Assembly: GCA_036513315.1 (NCBI GenBank)
Contig: DATBZF010000031.1
Span: 65,304 to 129,303 of the forward strand
DNA: 64,000 bases
From: Roseiarcus sp.
GTDB lineage: Bacteria; Pseudomonadota; Alphaproteobacteria; Rhizobiales; Beijerinckiaceae
Direction of reading: 5' to 3'
The stretch's first letter is position 1; each line of letters opens with the position of its first letter. The notes under the pieces are model-generated. The model did not search any database, was not told where the DNA came from, and was given only the letters and a program-made list of their open reading frames with translations. Of this stretch, positions 44,994 through 56,330 are shown piece after piece. The position numbers were made by a program, and so were the translations under genes.

Positions 44994-45680
44994 TCATGGC
45001 AACAGCTTGTAGCCGCCGGCGTCCGTCACCAGCAGCCGCGCGTCAGCCGGATCGACTTCAATCTTCTGGCGCAGCCGATAGATGTGAGTCTCCAGCGTAT
45101 GGGTCGTCACATTGGCGTTATAGCCCCAGACGTCTTTGAGCAGCACTTCGCGCGAGACGACCTGCCGGTCGGCGCGATGCAGGAAGCGCAGGATCGCCGC
45201 CTCCTTCTCAGTCAGGCGCAGTCTTGCGCCTTTGGCGTTGATGAGATTTTTCGATGCGGGGCGGAAAATATAGGGGCCGATCTGAAATTCGGCGTCCTCG
45301 CTCGCCTCATGCTGGCGCAGTTGGACGCGCAGCCGCGCCAGCAGCACCGCGAAACGGAACGGCTTGGGAATGTAATCATTGGCGCCTGCGTCGAGGCCGA
45401 GCACCGTGTCGGCGTCCGAATCATGGGCGGTCAGCATGATGATCGGCCGTTTGAAACCGTCCTTGCGCATCAGGCGGACCGCCTCACGTCCATCCATATC
45501 CGGCAGGCCGACATCCATGACGATGAGATCGGGCGGATTGTCATGCGCGATCGTGCGGGCCGATGTCGCATTTTCGGCGACCGAGACCGCGAATTCTTCA
45601 TGCAAGGCCAGCTGTTCAGCCAGGGCGCCGCGCAATTCGGAATCATCGTCGACAATCAGGATATGACGGGTTTGAACCAT
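44994..45680 (-). CDS. OmpR-family response regulator (receiver + winged-helix)
   Basis: Start at ATG 45680 (MVQTRHILIVDDD...). The acceptor Asp context is DLIVMDVGLPDMDG. Also present: MLTA.....D...GLDAGANDYIPKPF and a C-terminal LT.KE..IL.FL......V.SRE.LL..VWGY......T+T+ETHIYRLR.K. Confidence 0.9.
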   Translation of the reverse strand: MVQTRHILIVDDDSELRGALAEQLALHEEFAVSVAENATSARTIAHDNPPDLIVMDVGLPDMDGREAVRLMRKDGFKRPIIMLTAHDSDADTVLGLDAGANDYIPKPFRFAVLLARLRVQLRQHEASEDAEFQIGPYIFRPASKNLINAKGARLRLTEKEAAILRFLHRADRQVVSREVLLKDVWGYNANVTTHTLETHIYRLRQKIEVDPADARLLVTDAGGYKLLP

Positions 45681-45843
45681 GAAGAATTCTCGTAGGGATT
45701 GACCGGGTCGCAATCATAGCGGGTTTTCCGCCATTCCGCCTAGGCGCCGCCTTCATCATACCGGCAGCGCAACTTGTTCACCTTCTGGTCATTATTGACG
45801 TGTTTGTATCGCTTCGCGCGGGGGCGCCAAAGAAGTTTGACCG

Positions 45844-47364
45844 ATGGCCACGCCCGACCCACGCCTGCTCGTTGCGTTCAACCGATTCGGTCTCGGCGCG
45901 CGCCCCGGCGATTTCGGCCGGACGAGCGACCCACGTAGCGCCATTATCGTCGAATTGGAAGCGCCGCGGAGCGCCGACGATGCGAGTTTGCAGCGCAGCC
46001 CGTTGGCGCTGCAAACCGTCTATCTGGACCAGGATCGCAAAAAGCAGGAGCGCGAGCGCCTGGCGCAGGAAAATCTGGCGCGCCTCGGCATGCCGGCGCC
46101 GAATGTCGCGGCGCTGATCGAAGCGCCGGCGGCCGTCGCCAGCGCGCCACCCCCAAACGTGATGACGATCTCCGTCACGAACGTTGCTTCGGGGACGCCT
46201 GCGCCCTCGCCGGCCACCGCGACGGCGCCGGCTCCGATGGCGCCGCAGCCGCCGCCCGAGCAGCTTATCTTCCGCGCCGAAGCGGCGGCGCGCCTCGCTC
46301 GCGCCTGCGCGGCTCCGATCGGCTTCGTCGAGCGGCTGGTCGCGTTCTGGTCGAACCATTTCTGTGTTTCGGTCGCCAAGAGCAATATCGGCCGCGCCTG
46401 CGCCGGCGCTTTCGAGCGCGAGGCGATCCGCCCCTTCGTGACCGGCCGTTTCGCCGACATGCTGCGCGCGGTCGAACAGCATCCCGCCATGCTGAATTTC
46501 CTCGACAATGCGCAATCGGTCGGGCCCAATTCCAAGGCGGGACAGAATCGCAAACGCGGCTTGAACGAGAATCTGGCGCGCGAAATCCTCGAATTGCACA
46601 CGATGGGCGTCGGCTCGGGCTATGGCCAGGCCGACGTGACTCAGCTTGCGCAGGTCCTCACCGGCTGGACGATCGTCGGGCGCGAGGGCAAGCTCGGCGA
46701 GCCCGGCGCCTTCGCCTTCAATGCCAATGCTCATGAACCCGGGCTGGCGACATTGCTCGGCCGCGTTTACGGCGAGGACGGCCTCGCCCAGGGCGAGGCC
46801 GTCCTCGCCGACATTGCGCGCCAGGGCGCGACGGCGGCCCATATCGCCAAAAAATTCGCACGCCATTTCGTCGCCGACGATCCCGATCCGGCGCTGGTGG
46901 CGCGGCTCGCCAAAGTCTTTCGCGACACCGAGGGCGATCTCGGCGCTTTGGCGCAGGCGTTAATCAAGGATGAGGCCGCCTGGAGCGCGCCTGCCACGAA
47001 AATCCGCAATCCTTGGGAAGTCGTCGTCGCTGCGCAACGTGCTTTCAACCGACCGGTCGCCGATCCGGGGCCGGCGCTGAATGCGATGAACCTTCTTGGC
47101 ATGCCGCTCTGGCAGCCCAGCGGCCCGAATGGATTTTCCGACGCCACTGCGGATTGGGCCTCGCCCGAGGGTATGAAGATGCGGCTGGAGCTCGCTGCCC
47201 AATTCGCGCGCCAGACCAAGGATGCGCCGACGCCGGCAGCTCTGGTCGACGATATTCTCGGCCCGAATGTCTCGACGCAAACGCGCGATGCGGTGCTGCG
47301 CGCCGAGTCGCGCGAACAGGCGTTTGCGCTGCTCCTCATGTCGCCGGAATTTCAGCGGAGATAA
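45844..47364 (+). CDS. DUF1800-family protein
   Basis: 506 aa. FWSNHFCVS..K........FEREAIRP...G.F.DML.AV..HPAML.FLDN..S........GLNENLAREILELHTMGV.SGY.Q.DV...A.VLTGW matches my memory of the DUF1800 signature. Confidence 0.8.
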   Translation: MATPDPRLLVAFNRFGLGARPGDFGRTSDPRSAIIVELEAPRSADDASLQRSPLALQTVYLDQDRKKQERERLAQENLARLGMPAPNVAALIEAPAAVASAPPPNVMTISVTNVASGTPAPSPATATAPAPMAPQPPPEQLIFRAEAAARLARACAAPIGFVERLVAFWSNHFCVSVAKSNIGRACAGAFEREAIRPFVTGRFADMLRAVEQHPAMLNFLDNAQSVGPNSKAGQNRKRGLNENLAREILELHTMGVGSGYGQADVTQLAQVLTGWTIVGREGKLGEPGAFAFNANAHEPGLATLLGRVYGEDGLAQGEAVLADIARQGATAAHIAKKFARHFVADDPDPALVARLAKVFRDTEGDLGALAQALIKDEAAWSAPATKIRNPWEVVVAAQRAFNRPVADPGPALNAMNLLGMPLWQPSGPNGFSDATADWASPEGMKMRLELAAQFARQTKDAPTPAALVDDILGPNVSTQTRDAVLRAESREQAFALLLMSPEFQRR

Positions 47365-47368
47365 TCGC

Positions 47369-48598
47369 ATGACGCTGCTTTGCGAAACGCCTGCGCTTTC
47401 CCGCCGGAGCCTGCTCACCGCCGGCGGCGCGCTCTACGCCTCGGCCTATATTCCTTCTTTCGCCAGAGCCGCCGATGCGCGCGATCCGCGTCTCGTCGTG
47501 ATGATCCTGCGCGGCGCGCTCGACGGCCTTTCGGCTTTGGCGCCGATCGGCGATCCCGATTATGCCGCGCTGCATGGCGAACTGGCGCTGCAATTTGACG
47601 GCGCCCATCCCGCGCTTGCCCTCAATTCCTTCTTCGGGCTCAACCCGGCGATGCCATATTTTGCTCGTCTCTATGGCGCCAAACAGGCGATCGCCGTGCA
47701 TGCCTGCGCGACCAATTACCGCGAACGCTCGCATTTCGACGGACAGGACGTGCTCGAGAGCGGCATGCCTGGCCCCGGTCAGGTACAGAGCGGCTGGCTC
47801 AATCGCGCAATCGCCGCCCTGCCCAGGGGCGAGCGCATCGCCCGAAGCGGCGGCCTAGCGGTCGGGACCACGCCGCCGCTGGTGTTGCGGGGAGCGGCGC
47901 CAATTCTGGGCTGGGCGCCATCCGGGTTGGCCGCGCCGACCAGCGACCTGACGGCTCGTCTGATGGACCTCTACGCCCATCGCGATCCCATTCTGGCCGC
48001 AGCGTTGCAGGCCGGCGTCGACGCCGATCAAATGGCCGCCAAACAGGGTATGGACGCGCTCAAGCCGGGCGGCGACGTCGCCGCGGCTATGCGCAAGGCC
48101 GCCGAAGGCGCCGCGCGCCTGATCAGCGCCGACGACGGCCCGCGCATCGCCGCGCTCGCCTTCGACGGCTGGGACACGCATGTCAACGAGGGCGGCGCGA
48201 TCGGGCGCCTTGCACAATTGCTGGGCGGCCTCGATGGCGCGATCGCCTCTTTCGAGACGGAGCTGGGCCCGCGCTGGAAGGATACTATCGTGGTGGCCGT
48301 CACCGAATTCGGCCGCACCGTCCATATCAATGGCACCACCGGCACCGATCACGGCACCGGCACTGTGGCTTTCCTTGCCGGCGGCGCGCTCAACGGGGGG
48401 CGCGTCATCGCCGACTGGCCCGGCCTTAAGGCCGCCGACCTTTATGAGAATCGCGACCTCAAGCCGACGACCGACGTGCGCGCCGTGCTGAAAGGCCTGC
48501 TCGCCGATCAACTCGGGCTGTCGGCCGATGTGCTCGGACGGTCGGTGTTTCCCGACACATTGAGCGTCAAGCCGATGGGCGGCCTTGTCGCCGCCTGA
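47369..48598 (+). CDS. DUF1501-family protein with twin-arginine (Tat) signal
   Basis: The start at ATG 47369 gives MTLLCETPALSRRSLLTAGGALYASAYIPSFARA, a Tat-like SRRxLL motif. Later motifs are FDGWDTH and EFGRT...NG..GTDHG.G. The track start at 47222 would overlap DUF1800 with an Arg-rich junk leader. Confidence 0.85.
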   Translation: MTLLCETPALSRRSLLTAGGALYASAYIPSFARAADARDPRLVVMILRGALDGLSALAPIGDPDYAALHGELALQFDGAHPALALNSFFGLNPAMPYFARLYGAKQAIAVHACATNYRERSHFDGQDVLESGMPGPGQVQSGWLNRAIAALPRGERIARSGGLAVGTTPPLVLRGAAPILGWAPSGLAAPTSDLTARLMDLYAHRDPILAAALQAGVDADQMAAKQGMDALKPGGDVAAAMRKAAEGAARLISADDGPRIAALAFDGWDTHVNEGGAIGRLAQLLGGLDGAIASFETELGPRWKDTIVVAVTEFGRTVHINGTTGTDHGTGTVAFLAGGALNGGRVIADWPGLKAADLYENRDLKPTTDVRAVLKGLLADQLGLSADVLGRSVFPDTLSVKPMGGLVAA

Positions 48599-48702
48599 GA
48601 CCGCGGCCGGATCGAGCAAGTCGCCAACGTTTTAACTGCAGGCCGAGATGGCGAAGCCGCCATGGCAATCGGGCTCGCCGATTTAGATTTGTAAGACTCG
48701 TA

Positions 48703-48942
48703 ATGACGTTGACATTACGCTGCGCTATGGTCTGTCGAAAGGGAGGCCTCGGACGCGCGTTGTTCCGCGACGCCTCGCAGCGCGTCCTCAACGCCGCCGA
48801 CGCCATCGGCATACGCGGCATCCTCGTGCACGCAATCTCCGAGGAAGCGAAGTCCTTTTATGTCGCGCTTGGCTTTGAACCGTCGTCACTGGAGCCGATG
48901 ACGCTCATGGTCACGCTCGCTGATCTGCGCGGCGCGTTATGA
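48703..48942 (+). pseudogene. Truncated GNAT acetyltransferase toxin remnant (TacT/KacT-like C-terminal half)
   Basis: The 79-aa ORF ...GGLGRALFRDASQRVLNAADAIGIRGILVHAISEEAKSFYVALGFEPSSLEPMTLMVTLADL matches the C-terminal half of TA-system GNAT toxins: (Q/R)G.GLG..LL.DAL.R.L.AA...G.R.++VHA.D..A..FY...GF.PS...P..L. The N-terminal ~85 aa and the upstream antitoxin gene are missing. Confidence 0.6.
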
Positions 48943-49041
48943 GATCGTAACCGGCAGCTTCCCGGCGGACCGCCCCCAACGCCACGACGTCTTGGTTGCA
49001 GGGGCGCAGCCTGTGCTGGAACTATCCTTCCGCGCCGTGAG

Positions 49042-50508
49042 TTGTCGCGTGCAAACTGTCTCTCAGGGGGGCGGCGTTTGGATCAGCGCATTCTCACTTC
49101 GATCCCGGCTCGCCTCGAGCGCTTGCCATGGGGCGCTTTTCACACGCTTGTCGTCGCCGCCCTTGGAATCACCTGGATTCTCGACGGGCTCGAAGTGACC
49201 TTGGCGGGTTCGGTGGCGGGCGCATTGAAGGCGAGCCCGGCGCTTACGTTTTCCGACGCGGAAGTCGGGCTCGCCGGCAGCGCCTATCTCTCCGGGGCCG
49301 TCATCGGCGCACTTTTCTTCGGATGGCTGACCGACCGCTTGGGACGAAAAAAGCTCTTCTTCATCACCATCGCCGTTTATCTCACAGCGACCGCGCTGAC
49401 CGGCGCGTCCTGGAATGGCTGGAGTTTCTTTCTGTTTCGGTTTTTCACCGGCGCCGGGATCGGCGGCGAATATGCCGCGATCAACTCGACAATCCAGGAG
49501 CTTGTGCCGGCGCGCTATCGCGGCTTCACCGATCTCGTCATCAACGGCAGCTTCTGGATCGGCGCCGCGCTTGGCGCAGTGGTGGCGGTGGCGCTTCTGA
49601 ACCCGGCTTTCATCGGCCCGGAGCTAGGCTGGCGGCTGGCCTTTCTGGTCGGCGCCGGGCTCGGCATCGTAGTTTTCGTCATGCGTATGTGGATTCCCGA
49701 GAGCCCACGCTGGCTGGTCATCCACGGGCGCGACGCCGAAGCGGAAGCTGCGGTCGCCGACATCGAGCAGCGGTTTCGCAACGCTGGCGTCACGCTTGTC
49801 GCCGTCGACGCCAATGCCGCGATCGGATTGCGCTCTCGTACGCACACGCCGATTTCGGAGGTGTTGGACACATTGTTCAGAAAATATCGCACGCGCACGC
49901 TGGTCGGCCTGACGCTGATGGCGGCGCAGGCGTTTTTCTACAATGCGATTTTCTTCACCTATGCGCTGGTGCTCACCAAATTCTATTCGGTGAGCGCCGA
50001 TCGCGTCGGCTGGTACATCCTGCCGTTCGCCGCCGGCAATTTCCTGGGACCGTTGGTCCTCGGCCGACTCTTCGACACGATCGGGCGGCGGCGCATGATT
50101 TGCCTCACCTATGCCATGTCCGGGCTGCTGCTGGTCGGCTGCGGCGCGCTGTTCGAGCAAAACCTGCTGACAGCGTTCACCCAGACGCTGGGCTGGATGA
50201 TTGTCTTCTTCTTCGCCTCGCCCGCCGCCAGCGCCGCCTATCTCACCGTCAGCGAGACGTTCCCGATTGAAATTCGAGCCGTGACGATCGCCATTTTCTA
50301 CGCGATCGGCACAGGAATCGGCGGCGTCGCCGCGCCCTTCATTTTCGGCAAGCTGATCGCGAGCGGCTCGCGCGACAGCGTATTCGCAGGCTATGCCGTC
50401 GCGGCCGCCCTAATGCTCTGCGCCGCGCTTGTCGCCGCCCTTTTCGCCGTGCGGGCGGAGCGCAAATCGCTTGAGGAGATCGCGACGCCGCTATCGGCGG
50501 ATGCGTGA
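49042..50508 (+). CDS. MFS transporter (metabolite/sugar:H+ symporter-like)
   Basis: 12 TMs. GWLTDRLGRKK (motif A-like) and FRFFTGAGIGGEY. There is no in-frame ATG near the N-terminus, so the start is TTG at 49042 or TTG at 49078. Confidence 0.88.
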   Translation: MSRANCLSGGRRLDQRILTSIPARLERLPWGAFHTLVVAALGITWILDGLEVTLAGSVAGALKASPALTFSDAEVGLAGSAYLSGAVIGALFFGWLTDRLGRKKLFFITIAVYLTATALTGASWNGWSFFLFRFFTGAGIGGEYAAINSTIQELVPARYRGFTDLVINGSFWIGAALGAVVAVALLNPAFIGPELGWRLAFLVGAGLGIVVFVMRMWIPESPRWLVIHGRDAEAEAAVADIEQRFRNAGVTLVAVDANAAIGLRSRTHTPISEVLDTLFRKYRTRTLVGLTLMAAQAFFYNAIFFTYALVLTKFYSVSADRVGWYILPFAAGNFLGPLVLGRLFDTIGRRRMICLTYAMSGLLLVGCGALFEQNLLTAFTQTLGWMIVFFFASPAASAAYLTVSETFPIEIRAVTIAIFYAIGTGIGGVAAPFIFGKLIASGSRDSVFAGYAVAAALMLCAALVAALFAVRAERKSLEEIATPLSADA

Positions 50509-51177
50509 TTGGGGTTAAGTCGCCGCGACAGCGCGGCGTTCTGACGCTGTCGTCGGGCGCGTTGATCGCCAGCGCGATATTCGATGCGGCGGTAAGGCGC
50601 GGCCCAGCAGCAAATCGGATTGCGGTACGAGCCGCGGCTGAAGCGTCGTAGAACCGTCAAGCGTCGATCGGTCCAAAATCCTGCGTGGCGGGACGCGCCG
50701 GCGGAATATCTGGAGGCGCGCGGGGGTTCATTTGTTGCGAATTTTTATGGAAGATGCTTCGCTCTCGTTGAGAGGCCAGTCATCATGCCTGGGGCGATAT
50801 TCGCTATGATCGGCGCCGGCGCCATTCCTTCCGTCGCCCGCGCAAGGATTCAAGGTGGACGAGCTTTTCCACGGTGCGACGCTTTGTCGCATGGGGAAGC
50901 CGGTAGATTTTGCCGTTTCCCGATGCGCTGACCGATATTATAATTCGATTTTGTGAATAGGAATCGTGCGCGCAAACGTTTACTGATTGATTGGTGAGAT
51001 GAGGTTCCCTTATTGCCAACTGGGCGTTGCGTATCGCCCCACTCTCTGACACAGGGGAGGCGTCGCGCGAATGGCTTTGCTAAGGGAAGAAACGACTGTC
51101 GCAATGGAGGCTTGTTCTCCTTTGCGCGATTTGAGAACTATTTTCGGCGCCGATTAACCCCACGCAGTGTTTGCTTC

Positions 51178-51537
51178 ATGCTGATCAAGGCAGATTCGAC
51201 CGACAGCTTGGTTAACAACGAAATAAGCAAGCTAGCCGATCAACTGGCCCAGCATTCCCAGCGGGGCGCTGGCGCGCATTTGTTGCCGGAAGCGGTCGAT
51301 CTCGCTCTGGCCGCCCTTAGAGCTTATGCCGATATGTTGGGGCCGCCGAAAATCAAACGGACACCGCGGATGTTCCAGGTCGAGGCGATGGATAGCCGAG
51401 GCTGGCCTCAGGAAGTTCTGGCGGTCGTCAGCGACCCGCTTATCGCACAAGCGGCGTTCGAGGAGGCCGTCAGACGCCATCCGGATCGCAAGATCAGGCT
51501 GAGGCGAGGCACGAGTCGGGTTGCCGAATCGGCATAG
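51178..51537 (+). CDS. Hypothetical orphan protein in a low-GC islet
   Basis: 119 aa from ATG 51178 (MLIKADSTDSLVNNEISKLADQLAQ...). It uses codons rare elsewhere in the window (ata, cta, aga, agg). I recognise no family. The longer track ORF from 51013 looks like read-through of noncoding DNA. Confidence 0.4.
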   Translation: MLIKADSTDSLVNNEISKLADQLAQHSQRGAGAHLLPEAVDLALAALRAYADMLGPPKIKRTPRMFQVEAMDSRGWPQEVLAVVSDPLIAQAAFEEAVRRHPDRKIRLRRGTSRVAESA

Positions 51538-51577
51538 CCGCCGCGCCTGCCGAAACGGCGCGGCGCGGTGGTCGGCG

Positions 51578-52444
51578 CTACAGCGCCAATTCCACTTTGA
51601 CCGGCGCATGGTCTGACGTGCGCTCCCAACCGCGCGCCTCGCCAAGCACTTCCATGGCGCGCACGTCCTCGCCGAGCTTGGCGCTGACCCAGACATGGTC
51701 GAGCCGACGCCCCTTATTGGCGAGCGCCCAATCGGGCGAGCGATAGCTCCACCAAGTGTAAAGCTTCTGGCTATCAGGCACGAATTTGCGCAAGGCGTCG
51801 ACCCATTCGCCCGCCTTCTGAACCGCCTTGAGCTTTTCGACCTCGATCGGCGTGTGGCTGACGACCGAGATCAGCGCCTTATGACTCCAGACATCATGTT
51901 CGAGCGGCGCGATATTGAGGTCGCCCACGAGGATTGCGCGCCCGGCGGCGATTTTGTCGTCGCGCATCCAGGCCTCCATTTCGTCGAGGAAGGCGAGTTT
52001 ATGTGCGAACTTGTCATTGACCGCCGGGTCCGGTTCATCGCCGCCGGCGGGCACATAAAAATTATGGACATCGAGGCCCGCGGCCTCGCCGCCCAGCGTC
52101 ACATGCATATGGCGCGAATCGCCTTTGCCGCAGAACTCCCGCTTGGCGCTGGAATGGATGGGAAGGCGCGAGACGATGGCGACGCCGTGGTAGCCCTTCT
52201 GGCCATTGATCGCGATGTGCTCATAGCCAAGCCTGTGAAACTCGGACGTGGGAAACTCGGCGTCGCGGCATTTGGTCTCCTGCAGACACAAAACATCCGG
52301 CTGCTGTTCCCTTAGGTAGCGCGCGACGAGCCCGATGCGCAGCCGCACCGAGTTGATGTTCCACGTCGAGATGGTGAAGCGCACGGGAAGCCTGCCTGTC
52401 GTCGCGAGAGGGGCGGACAATGGCGGCTTCGGGTGGCGTTGCAA
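51578..52444 (-). CDS. xthA: Exodeoxyribonuclease III (AP endonuclease, XthA family)
   Basis: FTISTWNINSVRLR........L....PDVLCLQETK, GYHGVAIVSR, LVGDLNIAP...DVW and a C-terminal SDHAPV. The true start is possibly the GTG at 52384 (VRFTISTWNIN). Confidence 0.9.
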   Translation of the reverse strand: MQRHPKPPLSAPLATTGRLPVRFTISTWNINSVRLRIGLVARYLREQQPDVLCLQETKCRDAEFPTSEFHRLGYEHIAINGQKGYHGVAIVSRLPIHSSAKREFCGKGDSRHMHVTLGGEAAGLDVHNFYVPAGGDEPDPAVNDKFAHKLAFLDEMEAWMRDDKIAAGRAILVGDLNIAPLEHDVWSHKALISVVSHTPIEVEKLKAVQKAGEWVDALRKFVPDSQKLYTWWSYRSPDWALANKGRRLDHVWVSAKLGEDVRAMEVLGEARGWERTSDHAPVKVELAL

Positions 52445-52587
52445 AGGCGCGCGCTGACTTGCCCACAGGCGATGCGCGGTTCCCGGCGTCGACGTCCTTG
52501 CCGCCAGCTTCCGGCGGCCAGATCCATCGCCCGCAAATAGGTCAACATTACGGCCGTAATATTGGGTATCTTATTGTAATATAGACA

Positions 52588-53301
52588 TTATTTTTTTTGC
52601 CCGATCATCCGCTGTTCGTCGATCTTGAACAAGGATTCATCGGGACGGGCGGTGAGATCGAGATTGAACAGCGTCACTACCGTGTCAAAGCCCTGGGCGT
52701 CGTGGACCGTCCACTGTTTGAGCGCAAAAGTCGTGGGGTCGAACAGCAAATCGATTTGCGCCGAGCCGCCTAGCGTCGCCTTGTCCTCGATCAGGATCGA
52801 CACGTCATTGTCATTCGTCTCGACGCGCAAAACCTGGGTGTCCTTGGCCAGATCGATATGATCGGCGAGCAGGAATTTCAGCGGCGTCTGGTTGATAAAA
52901 TAAAGATCCTGCGTATCCATCTTCTGGTCGCGCACGGCGACGCTGCGCCCGTCGGCGACGATGTCCAGCTTGTCGGGCGGCGCGAACTGGAAGCGCATGC
53001 GGCCAGGCCGCTCGATCGTGAGCTTGCCCTCCGAGCGATGATGGTCGGGGCCGATCTGAACGAAATCGGCGGTCAGGACTTGCGCGCTTTCGAGCCAGGC
53101 GTTAGCGCGGCGCACGGCTTCGGCGGCGCTTATCGCCTGTTTGGGCCCTGACTTGGCGTCCTTGGCCGGCTTGGCGGCCGGCGCCGCATTGGTCGCCTGT
53201 TCGGCGGGATGCAGATCAACCGGGGCATCCTCTCCAAAAGCGAACCCGCTGAGGCCAATCAGCGCCAGCGCCGGCAAAACGATCAACCGTGAAATCGACA
53301 T
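52588..53301 (-). CDS. lolA: Outer-membrane lipoprotein carrier protein LolA-like
   Basis: The start at ATG 53301 has an AAGGAG 5 nt upstream. There is a signal peptide, and the domain pattern is ....L.ADFVQ.......SEGKL.I.RPG.MRF.F..P....IV.DG..V.....K. It sits downstream of ftsK, as commonly seen. Confidence 0.8.
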   Translation of the reverse strand: MSISRLIVLPALALIGLSGFAFGEDAPVDLHPAEQATNAAPAAKPAKDAKSGPKQAISAAEAVRRANAWLESAQVLTADFVQIGPDHHRSEGKLTIERPGRMRFQFAPPDKLDIVADGRSVAVRDQKMDTQDLYFINQTPLKFLLADHIDLAKDTQVLRVETNDNDVSILIEDKATLGGSAQIDLLFDPTTFALKQWTVHDAQGFDTVVTLFNLDLTARPDESLFKIDEQRMIGQKK

Positions 53302-53429
53302 CAGGGCTCCTTCGCCGGCTTTCATCAGGCGCGCCGGCCGCATCGCGCGCTGCTCTAGGGAGTCGATATGGCGTTAATGGGACGCCTGGAACGCTATTAT
53401 ACATGCGAGAGAGTAAAACCTCTCCCGCC

Positions 53430-56024
<2,595 letters not shown>

Positions 56025-56165
56025 GGCTTCGTCCGCACTCGACCGGGTCCGATCGCGGCGCCGGGCGCCGGTCCCGCGGCAAATTAGGCCCGCCGAGTTA
56101 ATGCCGGCCTAACCTTAATGGGGATGCGGAGTCGTTTGCCCTGCTTGCCGCGATGCGCCGGCCGC

Positions 56166-56194
56166 AAAAAAAGACGCCCTCGCGAGAGGGCGCC
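56166..56194 (-). terminator. Rho-independent terminator downstream of amtB
   Basis: The minus strand reads GGCGCCCTC-TCGC-GAGGGCGTC followed by TTTTTTT: a 7-bp GC stem, a tetraloop and a U7 tract. It lies about 140 nt after the amtB stop. Confidence 0.6.
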
Positions 56195-56330
56195 GAGTTG
56201 GGGAGGAAGGAGAAAACTTACGACGGGCGTTCGTCTTAATCTTGTAGGTTCGCGCCGTGAATTGTCTGACTGAGCGTATTGACCTTCCAGGGACGGCGCC
56301 TTGCGTCGCCGCCCCCGCTTGGCGGCTCTT

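Noticed and set aside
47222-47368. Upstream extension of the DUF1501 ORF overlapping the DUF1800 3' end.
   Set aside because: The extension is an Arg/Cys-rich out-of-frame read of the DUF1800 coding region. The ATG at 47369, 4 nt after the DUF1800 stop, exposes a canonical Tat signal.
50804-51052. 82-aa minus-strand ORF in the low-GC islet (…GNGKIYRLPHATKRRTVEKLVHLESL…), considered as an integrase or transposase remnant.
   Set aside because: The resemblance to recombinase motifs is vague, codon usage is not coding-like, and there are no flanking repeats or att-like sites. It is kept only as part of the islet observation.
52591-52598. T8 run that looks like a terminator U-tract, next to the ATTACGGCCGTAAT palindrome at 52547-52560.
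   Set aside because: The T-run is the reverse complement of the final Gln-Lys-Lys codons of lolA, so it is coding. The palindrome is short and lacks its own U-tract, so it is at best a weak terminator or operator.
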